From NCBI GenBank assembly GCA_045533905.1, contig JAZSIR010000011.1, positions 1 to 64,000 of the forward strand: 64,000 bases of DNA, given 5' to 3'. The stretch comes from Clostridia bacterium. GTDB taxonomy: Bacteria > Bacillota > Clostridia > UMGS1883 > UMGS1540. The translations under genes and the position numbers were made by a program. Under the pieces are notes generated by a model. It had not been told where the DNA came from, ran no database searches, and saw only the letters and a list, made by a program, of their open reading frames with translations. This document shows positions 26,601 to 35,138 of this stretch, in pieces. Each line of letters opens with the position of its first letter. Position 1 is the stretch's first letter.

Positions 26601-27129
26601 AGGTGCGGAAACCATCAAAGAAGTGCAGGAACGGTACGCGGCCACGAATGGCTGCAAGGTGTGCGATGGCACCAAGGTCCATAACTTCCTGCGGGCTATT
26701 GGAGCAAAGCATTGCATAGCCTGTCTGACGGCAAGCCATAACGTCGGAATGGTCACCGAAAATGTTAAGAGCATGGCTTGCAACGCAGCGTGCCGAAACG
26801 TGAATAACGGAGGGCAAAAGTTCGCCCGCCATTTTGTACATGTTCGGGATCATCAAAAGGAGACCCTGCGAAGCTGTGTATGTGGTCGTAAGAGCACCTG
26901 CAGCGAGGGAGCCGTGTACGGCACCGGCTGCGCCGGCTTCGGACTGCATTTCCACAACCTTTACAGGCTGTCCGAACATATTATTTCTCTTGTCTACCGC
27001 CCATTCGTCGGTAACTTCTGCCATAACCGAGGACGGGGTAATCGGGTAGATTGCCGCAACATCGGTAAAGGCATAGGATGCCCATGCGGCGGCGTTATTA
27101 CCGTCCATGGTCTTCATTTTTCTTGCCAT
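23623..27129 (-). CDS. nifJ: Pyruvate:ferredoxin (flavodoxin) oxidoreductase
   Basis: YPITPS, MQSEAGA, DGFRTSHE, GLGSDGTVGANK, two CxxCxxCxxxCP, EFSGACAGCGE, GGDGWAYDIG; start MARKMK. Confidence 0.97.
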   Translation of the reverse strand: MARKMKTMDGNNAAAWASYAFTDVAAIYPITPSSVMAEVTDEWAVDKRNNMFGQPVKVVEMQSEAGAAGAVHGSLAAGALTTTYTASQGLLLMIPNMYKMAGELLPSVIHVSARCVASHALNIFGDHSDVMACRQTGYAMLCSNSPQEVMDLGAIAHLAAIRGRVPFLHFFDGFRTSHEIDKIEVWDYEDLKEMVDMDAVRAFRNGALNPEHPVLRGSAQNPDIFFQNREACNKFYENVPAVVEEYMNMVNAKIGTNYGLVNYYGAPDAEKVIVAMGSICDTIEETIDYLTAKGEKVGLIKIRLYRPFPVDAFLKALPATCKKIAVLDRTKEPGSIGEPLYLDVCACFTGKADAPMIIGGRYGLGSKDTVPADVIATYRNLDKAEPVRGFTLAITDDVTNLSLPREENPDTSAEGNTACKFWGLGSDGTVGANKNSIKIIGDHTDLYAQAYFSYDSKKSGGITVSHLRFGAKPIKSTYLINKANFVACHNPSYVDKYDMVQDLVPGGKFLLNCAWDVEELTKRLPAKMKRYIAENNISLYTIDAIGIAKELGLGNKTSIVLQSAFFKLANVIPFENAVEYMRDAVVRSFASKGEKIVNMNHAAIVEGEKNICEIAVPADWKNAEDAPKAEKEVPSFVKNILKPCEKQAGDSIPVSTFVEYVDGHLPQGSAAYEKRGIAVDVPEWIPENCIQCNQCSLVCPHAAIRPVVMNAEEVAAAPSNMKHKKMNGKDMDKFEYGVAVTVMDCSGCGNCAKVCPAKEKALVMKPIDTQRDQQACFDYAVSAVSDKEELLALPMNVKNSQFHQPLLEFSGACAGCGETPYAKLVTQICGDRAYISNATGCSSIWGGSAPSTPYTTNKKGKGPAWANSLFEDNAEHGLGMAVGAKQLRERLREQIAAISCDSIQAAKEAWNATYEDGDANQKATEELIAALEACGCEEAKAVLEFKEFLSKKAVWIFGGDGWAYDIGYGGLDHVLASGEDVNVLVFDTEVYSNTGGQASKSTPTGAVAQFAAGGKPIRKKNLAEMAMSYGYVYVAQVALGYDMNQTVKAIREAVSYNGPSIIIAYAPCINHGIKGGMTDTQKIIKNAVLAGYWHTFRFDPRLKEEGKNPFMMDSKAPDASYRDFIMNEVRYSSLARKFPDRAEELFAEAEKQAKEKYEHWTKFGKLFE

Positions 27130-27179
27130 GTGAACATACCTCCTATATTTATATATAAAAATATTTTTCACTATCTTGT

Positions 27180-27209
27180 AGTATATCAAAAAAAGAACCG
27201 TGTTGTCAA
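27180..27209 (-). promoter_or_regulatory. SigA promoter of nifJ
   Basis: Minus strand TTGACA (27204-27209), 18 bp, TGaTATACT (hexamer 27180-27185). Confidence 0.65.
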
Positions 27210-27262
27210 TCATTTTTTGCGGATATTTCGTATTTTTTTGACGTTTTTTGGCCTTTTTTCAG

Positions 27263-27308
27263 AAAACGGTCGCCGCACCTATGAACCCACAGGTACAGCG
27301 ACCGTTTT
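27263..27308 (-). terminator. Intrinsic terminator of mnmE
   Basis: AAAACGGTCGC...GCGACCGTTTT hairpin right after the stop. Confidence 0.7.
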
Positions 27309-28670
27309 TTACTTACCAAGACAAAATTTTTCAAAGATGCGGCTGATAACTTCTTCCGATACGGAAAGCCCGACAATTTCGCCTAAATGCGCGGCGGCAG
27401 TTTCAAGGTCTACTGCCACAAGGTCCTCGGGAAAACCGTCATTGAGTGTGGAAATGGAAAGTGCTATTGCCTCTCTTGCCTTCACGGCCGCATCGCGCTG
27501 GCGCATATTCGTAAGGCGCACGGCATCGGCACGGCGAAGCGAATCTCCCGAAGCAATGCGGTCGAGTAGCGCCAGAATTTCTTCTTCCAATTTGGGAAGC
27601 CCCTCCCCCGTTTTGGTCGATATCGAAACCCAGGGGCAGGAAAATGTACCGTCGTACTTTGCAAGGTCGGTTTTGTTTAAAACCACAATGCATGGCTTTT
27701 CTTCGGCAAGTGCCAGAATTTCTCTGTCCGCATCCCCTGCGCGTGCGCTATCGAGTACCAAAAGACAAAAATCTGCCTCCTGTACATACGCTCTGGCCAT
27801 TTCAATGCCGACTTTTTCCGCCTCGCCCTCGCCTTCGCGAATGCCGGCGGTGTCGCCGAATTTTACGGCAATGCCACCTAGGGAGATAACCTCCTCCACA
27901 ATGTCACGCGTGGTGCCTTCCACATCGGTTACAATGGCGCGGTACGTGCCTAAAAGTGCGTTTAGAAGAGAAGATTTCCCCGTGTTCGGCCGCCCCACGA
28001 TGGCGCATCTTACGCCTTCGCGAATCATCCTACCGCCACGGGCAGACGCGATAAGCGTATCGAGTTCCTTTTCGATTTCCGAAAGCTCCTTTGAAAATTC
28101 CGTGCGGGACAGGTATTCCATATCCTCCTCGGGATAATCTGCCGCAACGGAAAGGCGGGCGGTAATATCAATGATTCTGTCGCGGATACGCGTAATTTTT
28201 CGGGAAAGCTTTCCCGAAAGCTGGTTGACAGCGGCCACCGCCGCCGCATCCGCTTCGGCGTGAATTAAGTCCCCCACAGCTTCCGCGCGGGCAAGATCCA
28301 TTTTCCCGTTTATAAATGCGCGGCGCGTGAATTCGCCGGGAAGGGCAAGTCTTGCGCCATTATCCAGTACAAGCGAAAGTACCGCTTCCGTCACGCGCAA
28401 GCCGCCGTGTACATGAAGTTCTGCCACGTCCTCCCCTGTGAAGGAATGGGGCGCGTGCATACATACACACATACCAAAATCAAGCACCGATTCTCCCGTG
28501 CCGATTTTTCCGTACTGCAAAAGGTACGGCTCGGCCTTTGAGGGCGCGGTTTTAGCAGAAAAGACGCGGTCAGCAATGCCGAGCGCGTCAGGGCCGCTTA
28601 TGCGGATAACGGCCACCCCACCCGTTCCGCGCGGGGTGGCGATGGCCGTAATTGTATCGTCTATTCTCAA
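27309..28670 (-). CDS. mnmE: tRNA modification GTPase
   Basis: DTI.AIAT..G.GGVAVIRISG, SFTGED, GEFT.RAF.NG, GRPNTGKSS, GTTRD, DTAG, NK.D, FCLGK. Confidence 0.97.
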   Translation of the reverse strand: MRIDDTITAIATPRGTGGVAVIRISGPDALGIADRVFSAKTAPSKAEPYLLQYGKIGTGESVLDFGMCVCMHAPHSFTGEDVAELHVHGGLRVTEAVLSLVLDNGARLALPGEFTRRAFINGKMDLARAEAVGDLIHAEADAAAVAAVNQLSGKLSRKITRIRDRIIDITARLSVAADYPEEDMEYLSRTEFSKELSEIEKELDTLIASARGGRMIREGVRCAIVGRPNTGKSSLLNALLGTYRAIVTDVEGTTRDIVEEVISLGGIAVKFGDTAGIREGEGEAEKVGIEMARAYVQEADFCLLVLDSARAGDADREILALAEEKPCIVVLNKTDLAKYDGTFSCPWVSISTKTGEGLPKLEEEILALLDRIASGDSLRRADAVRLTNMRQRDAAVKAREAIALSISTLNDGFPEDLVAVDLETAAAHLGEIVGLSVSEEVISRIFEKFCLGK

Positions 28671-28711
28671 AATAAAGACGCCTCCGTCCGGACATACAAA
28701 ATCCGTATGTC

Positions 28712-29341
28712 TTATTTATTTCCCTTGTATGCAATCACAACTTTGCGGTTCGGTTCTTCACCGGTGGAATAGGTTGTGACCATCGGATCGTCCTGCAAAA
28801 CAGAGTGGATGATTCTGCGCTCATACGGGCTCATTGCCTCAAGCGTTACATTTCTTCTGTAACGAACAGCGTTGCCTGCAAGCTTCTTTGCAAGCCTTTT
28901 AAGAGTTTCCTCGCGGCGCTTTTTGTAGTTTTCCGTATCGAGTGCGATGCGGTAGTATTCCTCCGTGTGGCGGTTTACGGCAAGGCTTGTCAGATACTGA
29001 AGCGCCGAAAGTGTTTCGCCACGGCGACCGATTAAAATTCCCATATCTTCGCCTTTAATATCGATGGCGAGTGTATTTTCCTCTTCTGTTGTTACAAAAA
29101 CCTCTGCATTGAGTTCCATAGCGTCGAGAATGTGGCTTAAAAAGCTCTCCGCTCTGTCCTCAGGGGAAAGCGCATTCACGGTAACGCGAACCGATGCTTC
29201 CTTGCCGGAAAGACCTAAGAATCCTTTTTTGCCTTCTTCGAGCACATCGATTGTGACCATATCCTCCGTAACGCCAAGTTCCGAAAGTGCGGCGTTTACT
29301 GCTTCATCAATGCTTTTTGCGTTTTTGATTACGCTTCTCAT
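28712..29341 (-). CDS. jag: Jag/EloR (KhpB) RNA-binding protein
   Basis: Jag_N KGFLG, KH GILIGRRGETL.ALQ, R3H ERRIIH. Confidence 0.93.
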   Translation of the reverse strand: MRSVIKNAKSIDEAVNAALSELGVTEDMVTIDVLEEGKKGFLGLSGKEASVRVTVNALSPEDRAESFLSHILDAMELNAEVFVTTEEENTLAIDIKGEDMGILIGRRGETLSALQYLTSLAVNRHTEEYYRIALDTENYKKRREETLKRLAKKLAGNAVRYRRNVTLEAMSPYERRIIHSVLQDDPMVTTYSTGEEPNRKVVIAYKGNK

Positions 29342-30125
29342 GGTATGAAAGACCTCCCTCGTCCTCAATATCAACTTTCAAAATCTTCGTTAGGATCACC
29401 TGCTGCAGAACTTGGGTGATGCTGCTGATGAACCAGTAAAGCGATGCCGACATCGGCAACGTAAATGTGAAAAAGAGTGTCATAAGCGGCATAAATGTCG
29501 TCATACTCTTCGTCATCTGCTGTGTCTGTTCCGCCTGCGGATTATTGTTTGCGGCGGGGTTTGCGGTCATTTTCTGCGAAACTACGCCGGAAAGGTATGT
29601 CGCACCTGTTGCCAGAAGCGGCAGAATCCAGGTGGCAAGGATTGCAAGCGTGGGTGCAAAGGTAAACTTCGGTGCTACTGCAAGGTCAAGCCCACAGAAG
29701 CGGAAGTTCATACCGGCTGCCTGTGCGGCCGCAATCTGGGTATTCAGATCCTTCGAAAGACCTTCAATGCCCATAATATAGGTGCCCGGGCGGTATACGA
29801 TGTTCACCATGACAATCAGGATAAGAAGCTGAAAAATCATAGGAAGACATCCGCCGAAGGGGCTTGCATTGTTCTTTTTATACAGATCCATCGTTTCGCG
29901 GCTGAGCTTTTCCTGGTCGTGCGCGTACTTTTTCTGCAGTTCATTAATCTGCGGCTGCAGTTTCTGCATCGCCGTCATCGAACGCTGCTGCTTTATGCCG
30001 AGCGGCAGGATGACCAGTTTTATGAAAATAGTGAAAATAATCAGCGCGACACCGAAGTTTTCGCCGCTATTAAAATAAATGAATCGGATAACAGAGCCAA
30101 ATAGCTCATAGAGCCACTGAAACAT
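29307..30125 (-). CDS. yidC: Membrane protein insertase YidC/SpoIIIJ
   Basis: LPL..KQ.RS...MQ.LQP, P.GGCLP, LYW..S....QQ; conserved cluster position. Confidence 0.93.
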   Translation of the reverse strand: MFQWLYELFGSVIRFIYFNSGENFGVALIIFTIFIKLVILPLGIKQQRSMTAMQKLQPQINELQKKYAHDQEKLSRETMDLYKKNNASPFGGCLPMIFQLLILIVMVNIVYRPGTYIMGIEGLSKDLNTQIAAAQAAGMNFRFCGLDLAVAPKFTFAPTLAILATWILPLLATGATYLSGVVSQKMTANPAANNNPQAEQTQQMTKSMTTFMPLMTLFFTFTLPMSASLYWFISSITQVLQQVILTKILKVDIEDEGGLSYHEKRNQKRKKH

Positions 30126-30145
30126 AGTCTTTTCCTTTCTGCGCG

Positions 30146-30355
30146 TTATTTTACGGGGTCATACCCACCCGGATGGAACGGATGACAGCGTAAAATTCGC
30201 TTCAACGCTAAAAAACTGCCTCGACATGCGCCGTACCGCTCTATCGCCTCCATTGCATATGCCGAGCAGGTCGGCGTAAACCGACAACACGGTTTTTTAT
30301 GTGGCGAAACATATTTTCTGTATCCGCGGATACAGAAAAGCAGTACCTTCTTCAT
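30146..30355 (-). CDS. yidD: Membrane protein insertion efficiency factor
   Basis: [28 protein letters not shown]. Confidence 0.95.
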   Translation of the reverse strand: MKKVLLFCIRGYRKYVSPHKKPCCRFTPTCSAYAMEAIERYGACRGSFLALKRILRCHPFHPGGYDPVK

Positions 30356-30687
30356 GCCAGCAGTCCACACTTTCCGAGGAGTGTTCTGAGTGAGGCGCCG
30401 GATGCATGAAAATCAGACGTTGCCATACGCGCACGCGCGACGATGACAATGTCAAACCCGTCACGGATTTCCGCCTCCATAAGGCGGTAATTTTCTTTAA
30501 TCAGACGCCGCACACGGTTGCGCGTTACGGCATTGCCGATTTTCTTACTGACGGTAATACCCAGGCGGCTTTGGCCGTATCGGTTCTTTTTATAGTACAC
30601 GACCAAAAGGGCGGAAGCCTTCGAACCGCCTTTGTAATACAAACTCCGAAATTCATGGTTTTGTCGTAATGCTACCGTCTTTTTCAT
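30352..30687 (-). CDS. rnpA: RNase P protein component
   Basis: [19 protein letters not shown] motif. Confidence 0.96.
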   Translation of the reverse strand: MKKTVALRQNHEFRSLYYKGGSKASALLVVYYKKNRYGQSRLGITVSKKIGNAVTRNRVRRLIKENYRLMEAEIRDGFDIVIVARARMATSDFHASGASLRTLLGKCGLLA

Positions 30688-30693
30688 ACAAAC

Positions 30694-30828
30694 TTACGCA
30701 CAAAGAACCTTTCTACCTCTGCGTCTTCTTCTTGCGAGAACCTTGCGGCCGTTTGCCGTGCTCATTCTCTTTCTGAAGCCATGCTCCTTCTTTCTGTATC
30801 TCTTGGAAGGTTGATATGTCTGAAGCAT
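30694..30828 (-). CDS. rpmH: 50S ribosomal protein L34 (absent from the ORF track)
   Basis: Translates [44 protein letters not shown]; AAGGAGG RBS. Confidence 0.97.
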   Translation of the reverse strand: MLQTYQPSKRYRKKEHGFRKRMSTANGRKVLARRRRRGRKVLCA

Positions 30829-30952
30829 GTGTTGCACCTCCTTTGCTTTTCTAACCGTTTGTTCTGCCTGTGCCGCGGGGCACAGATGCTATCCTATTAT
30901 ATCTGAGGATTATCCTTTTGTCAAGCCTTTTTCGAATTTTTTTCGCACCCCG

Positions 30953-31591
30953 TTATTCTCCGTCTTTCTCCTTCCGCATTTCATTTTCCAGTTTTTCGAT
31001 GCGGATGAGCATACGGCAAAGCTCCTGCGAAACCGGGTCGGGCAGGTGAATCTGGTCAAAGTTATTCACGCGCTCGTTATCGCGTTTTACAATTCTGGCA
31101 GGCACGCCTACACACGTGCAATTCGGCGGCACTTCGCTGAGGACTACGGCATTGGCGGCAATCTTGGAATTTTCCCCTACGGTGAAGGGGCCGAGCACTT
31201 TGGCGCCCGCGCCGATGAGGACGTTATTCCCGATGGTGGGATGGCGCTTGCCGACGTCCTTCCCCGTACCCCCTAAGGTTACGCCCTGATAAATCGTAAC
31301 GTTATCGCCGATTTCAGCCGTTTCCCCGATCACAACACCCATACCGTGGTCGATAAGAAGGCCGCGCCCGATTTTGGCACCGGGGTGTATTTCCACGCCC
31401 GTTAGGCGGCGCGACATATTCGATACCATTCTCGCGAGAAATGTGCGCCCGTGCCGATGCAGGAAATGCGCCAGACGGTGATAAATGATGGCCCAGAGAC
31501 CGGGGTACAGAAAGAATACCTGCACGGCACTTTTGGCAGCCGGGTCACGTTCCAGTATGGTCTTAATATCATAGCGGAGATTTTTGAACAT
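30953..31591 (-). CDS. cysE: Serine O-acetyltransferase
   Basis: [51 protein letters not shown]. Confidence 0.93.
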   Translation of the reverse strand: MFKNLRYDIKTILERDPAAKSAVQVFFLYPGLWAIIYHRLAHFLHRHGRTFLARMVSNMSRRLTGVEIHPGAKIGRGLLIDHGMGVVIGETAEIGDNVTIYQGVTLGGTGKDVGKRHPTIGNNVLIGAGAKVLGPFTVGENSKIAANAVVLSEVPPNCTCVGVPARIVKRDNERVNNFDQIHLPDPVSQELCRMLIRIEKLENEMRKEKDGE

Positions 31592-31602
31592 AGTACGCCT
31601 CC

Positions 31603-31965
31603 TTATTTCGCATAAATTTTATCTGCGATGTTTCCGTACACCGCCTCCCCGATTCCCATAACCTCCATAAGGCAGGCGGGATGCGGAAACGGGCCGAATT
31701 CCTCGCGGTATTGTATAATTCTGTCAGCAAGTGCGGGGCCGATTCCCGGAAGCGTCATAAGCTGCTTCCGGCTTGCCGTGTTGATATTGACTTCGCCCGC
31801 AGCCGGCTGGGGCGGTATCCGTTCTTCAAGATACAGGCTTTCCTTCCGGTTCTCGACTACAGGCTCTTCCTTCGGCCGCGCGTGCAAAAACAGAAAAAGG
31901 CCCAGACACAAAACCAAAAGAACGCTGACCAAAATACCGGCAATTCTTTGTTCCGTCTTTTGCAT
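31603..31965 (-). CDS. ComEA-like membrane-anchored helix-hairpin-helix DNA-binding protein
   Basis: N-terminal TM; VNINTA...L..LPGIGP.LA.RII.YR...G.F...L..V.GIG. Confidence 0.85.
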   Translation of the reverse strand: MQKTEQRIAGILVSVLLVLCLGLFLFLHARPKEEPVVENRKESLYLEERIPPQPAAGEVNINTASRKQLMTLPGIGPALADRIIQYREEFGPFPHPACLMEVMGIGEAVYGNIADKIYAK

Positions 31966-32042
31966 ATAGGTTCCCCCGAAAACAAAATGCCGCCTGCCTC
32001 TCTTACCTTCCGGTACAGAAAGCCGCGGCGGCAGTTCGCATT

Positions 32043-33530
32043 TTATTTGTGGTACAGCTTCTTCGTCTGGTACTTCGGCTCGCACGTCAGATGAATACCA
32101 AGCTTTCTGTATACATCCTTATCCACCTGCGACAAAAGCACCGTAGAGTGTGCCTCACAGCCGCGAAGGGCGGAAAGCTGCCCCGTGGCAAGCTTTGCCG
32201 TGTGGCTCTGCGTGGCGCTCATTGTAAGCGCAATGAGGACCTCATCAGAGTGCAGGCGCGGATTGTGATTACCTAAAATATCTGTTTTGAGTTTCTGAAT
32301 CGGCTCAATAACCGACGGCTCGATAAGATGCAGGGAATCGTCAATCCCCCCTGCGGCCTTTACGGCATTGAGAAGTGCCGCCGAGGATGCGCCCAGGAGA
32401 TTCGAGGTTTTACCTGTAACGATTGTGCCGTCACGAAGTTCAATGGCAACAGCCGGCATATCTCCCGTTTTGGCGCTTTTTTCAAGTGCCGCTGACACGA
32501 CCTTCCGTTTATCCGGCGTGGTCGAAGCGTGATTCATAATAATTTCAATTTTCTGTGCCGGCTCCTCGCTCCATCTGCCAAGACGGTTTTCGCAAAGGGC
32601 ATCATAATACCGGCGGATAATTTCCGCCTGCGCCGCTTCTTCTACGGCCGCATCGTCCGTAATGCAAAAGCCGGCCATATTTACACCCATATCCGTGGGC
32701 GATTTATACGGGCTCTCGCCCCAGATGCGCTCAAACATCGCATTGAGAACGGGAAACACTTCCACATCGCGGTTATAGTTTACCGCAATATCCCCATACG
32801 CCTCCAGATGGTACGGGTCAATCATATTTACATCGTTGAGGTCTGCCGTGGCCGCCTCATACGCAAGGTTTACAGGGTGCTTTAAAGGGAGGCTCCAGAT
32901 GGGGAAGGTTTCAAATTTTGCATACCCCGCCTTCGTGCCGCGAAGGTTTTCGTGGTACAACTGAGAAAGGCAGGTGGCCATTTTCCCGCTGCCGGGGCCC
33001 GGCGCCGTCACAACCACAAGTGGACATTTTGTTTCAATATATTCGTTTTTACCGAAGCCTTCTTCGCTTACAATATGCTTAAGGTCTGTCGGGTAGCCTG
33101 CAATAGGATAGTGCATATATGTTTTGATGCCGAGCTTTTCGAGCTTTTCGCGGAAAGCCTGGGCGGAGGGTTGTCCGTCAAACTGGGAAATTACAACACT
33201 TCCCACATAAAGGCCGATAGAACGGAAGGCATCAATAAGGCGAAGCACCTCTGCATCGTAGGTGATGCCAAGGTCACTGCGCATTTTATTCTTTTCAATT
33301 GCATCCGCACAGATAACAATTACAATCTCGACATCTTTTGCGATATTCTTCAGCATCAGCACCTTACTGTCGGGCCTGAACCCCGGCAAAACGCGTGCCG
33401 CGTGATGATCGTCGAAAAGCTTGCCGCCAAATTCGAGATACAGCTTGCCGCCGAACTGCTGAATCCGCTTTTGAATCTGCTCAGACTGCTTTCTTATGTA
33501 TGCATCGTTATCGAACCCTATCTTTTGCAT
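32043..33530 (-). CDS. DUF1846 (UPF0371) P-loop protein
   Basis: KIGFD, KLYLEFGGKL.DD.HA.RVLPGF, APGPGSGKMATCLSQ, YAKFETFP. Confidence 0.9.
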   Translation of the reverse strand: MQKIGFDNDAYIRKQSEQIQKRIQQFGGKLYLEFGGKLFDDHHAARVLPGFRPDSKVLMLKNIAKDVEIVIVICADAIEKNKMRSDLGITYDAEVLRLIDAFRSIGLYVGSVVISQFDGQPSAQAFREKLEKLGIKTYMHYPIAGYPTDLKHIVSEEGFGKNEYIETKCPLVVVTAPGPGSGKMATCLSQLYHENLRGTKAGYAKFETFPIWSLPLKHPVNLAYEAATADLNDVNMIDPYHLEAYGDIAVNYNRDVEVFPVLNAMFERIWGESPYKSPTDMGVNMAGFCITDDAAVEEAAQAEIIRRYYDALCENRLGRWSEEPAQKIEIIMNHASTTPDKRKVVSAALEKSAKTGDMPAVAIELRDGTIVTGKTSNLLGASSAALLNAVKAAGGIDDSLHLIEPSVIEPIQKLKTDILGNHNPRLHSDEVLIALTMSATQSHTAKLATGQLSALRGCEAHSTVLLSQVDKDVYRKLGIHLTCEPKYQTKKLYHK

Positions 33531-33610
33531 AATACCCTCCTCAAGGCGCAAAAACGCCATAAGAAAATTATACCACGCCGACCGAAAAAGTCAAGCGTTT
33601 TTCCATAAAA

Positions 33611-34417
33611 CTACTGAAAATCGAGCGAGCGTACCAAAACCCGCACCTCTTCGACCAAAATCCCCGTCATCTCATTTACTCTTTCCGCCACCGTCTTCTG
33701 AAGTTCTGCCGCGACCTCGGAAACTTTCGTGCCGTAGTACATATTCATTTCAAGGTGAATAATGAGGTTTTCCCCTCTTTCCTCCGCGCTGCAGATCCAG
33801 AGCTTTGAAACTGCAGGGCACGCCTTTACCTCGTGCGAGCAGATTGTAATCAGCACGCCGTGCGCGATTGTGAAGTCCCCGAGATAACTGTAGGTGGGGC
33901 GCACAAGTGTTTTTTCGCTTTCCTCCCGCAGCGCGGCAGGGCGGAAAATCTGGAGCGGGTCCAGCCAGTAGCCGGAAAAATCCTTCCGGATCTGAAAGGT
34001 GGGCACGGGGATTACGTGCTTCCCTTCCGTTTTGCGGATGCGCTGTGCCGTTTCAATTTCCTCGCTTGTGGAAACATCCGTAATGTAGATGATTTTTTCA
34101 GGTTTCGGCAAGGAAAGCGCCTCGGCAATTTTTTCTACCATTTCCACCGATGTGCCTACAATGAGAATCCGCGTTTCCCCTTCTGCCGCAATTGCTCTTT
34201 TCACGGCTTCCCTATGCGAGGCCGAAAAGAAAAGTGCGCGCTTGACGGAGGCAAACTTCGTCTTTTCCCGTTTCGCGGAAACACCGGCAACGGCTGTGGT
34301 GCCGCGAATTAAAAGCCCGTCATCTATAATGAGGGGCATATTATTTTCTTTGGCCACTTCCGTTACGTGGTAGCTTTTCCCCGTACCGCTCGGCCCTACA
34401 AAGCCGTATACTGTCAT
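33611..34417 (-). CDS. P-loop NTPase with C-terminal Asp23/Gls24-like domain
   Basis: GPSGTGKS Walker A, IIDDGLLI, GKHVIPVP, RPT.SY.G, C-terminal YG.....Q..V...V..MTG. Confidence 0.75.
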   Translation of the reverse strand: MTVYGFVGPSGTGKSYHVTEVAKENNMPLIIDDGLLIRGTTAVAGVSAKREKTKFASVKRALFFSASHREAVKRAIAAEGETRILIVGTSVEMVEKIAEALSLPKPEKIIYITDVSTSEEIETAQRIRKTEGKHVIPVPTFQIRKDFSGYWLDPLQIFRPAALREESEKTLVRPTYSYLGDFTIAHGVLITICSHEVKACPAVSKLWICSAEERGENLIIHLEMNMYYGTKVSEVAAELQKTVAERVNEMTGILVEEVRVLVRSLDFQ

Positions 34418-34432
34418 CCCGACCTCCAAAAC

Positions 34433-34798
34433 CTACTCTTCCGTACGCGGGAAGAGCTTTACTGTTCCGTTTATGATGTGTGCACGGTTGATAAAGTCAC
34501 GCGCCATACCGCCGCGGGCTGTTCGCCCCTCCACATAATAGCCACCGGGCAAAACCGCCAGAATTCTGCCTTCCGTAACGCGATAAAGCCGTTCGCCATC
34601 ATGCGCTTTGCCGTAGCCGCCGGCAAGCCATTCCACGATAGTAATGGAATCGCCCCGTGAAAATTCTCTTCTGTATCTTTTCCGGAGATTGTCCATAAGA
34701 ATCTCTCGGTTACTCTCGAGTACAATCTGCCGCATTTCCGTTTCAATCTGTCTTCTCTTTTCTTCCCGTATGCGTTTGCGCTCCGCGCTCGTTCTCAT
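34433..34798 (-). CDS. Hypothetical basic protein (possible Veg/Sm-like C-terminal domain)
   Basis: GAGGTG RBS; own promoter TTGACT (34864-34869), 17 bp, TATAAT (34841-34846); coiled N-terminus plus beta-rich C-terminus. Confidence 0.7.
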   Translation of the reverse strand: MRTSAERKRIREEKRRQIETEMRQIVLESNREILMDNLRKRYRREFSRGDSITIVEWLAGGYGKAHDGERLYRVTEGRILAVLPGGYYVEGRTARGGMARDFINRAHIINGTVKLFPRTEE

Positions 34799-34874
34799 AA
34801 AGACTTCACCTCTTCTAACTGCAGTTGTCTTTTCGTTTCTATTATATGCAATTCCAAGAAAAAAGTCAAGAAAA

Positions 34875-35093
34875 GGGAATGTAAAAAAAGGCCAGATTGC
34901 AAAAAGATAATGAGAACGCAAAGTACAGGAAGTGCAAAAAGCAAAAAACTTCTTTTTCGGTTAAAAATCTCACTTCTTTCGATTTTTCTCTGTTTTGTAA
35001 ATCTTTTGCTACGCCAAAACGCCACCGCTCGTAGTACCCTGCGTACGACGTCGGGTGGCGTTTTGGCGTTCTGCCTCTTTTTTTCCTATTCCC
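34875..35093 (-). repeat. MITE-like non-coding element, copy 2 (inverted relative to copy 1)
   Basis: Ends GGGAATGTAAAAAAAGGCCAGA ... TCTGCCTCTTTTTTTCCTATTCCC; shares the core CGCCACCCGACGTCGTAC...GTACTACGAGCGGTGGCGTTTTGGCG with 23367-23576. Confidence 0.8.
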
Positions 35094-35094
35094 C

Positions 35095-35138
35095 AAAAAG
35101 GGACTGTAAAAAACAAAAGTTTTTTACAGTCCCTTTTT
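35095..35138 (-). terminator. Intrinsic terminator abutting repeat copy 2
   Basis: AAAAAGGGACTGTAAAAAAC-aaaa-GTTTTTTACAGTCCCTTTTT. Confidence 0.8.

Noticed and set aside
27140-27175. Rex operator upstream of nifJ
   Set aside because: Only a half-site-like AGTGAAAAAT; no convincing TTGTGAA-N4-TTCACAA palindrome.
25663-28137. 824-aa + strand ORF, and the 518-aa ORF at 23653-25209
   Set aside because: Antisense shadows of nifJ/mnmE caused by biased codon usage; no motifs or RBS.
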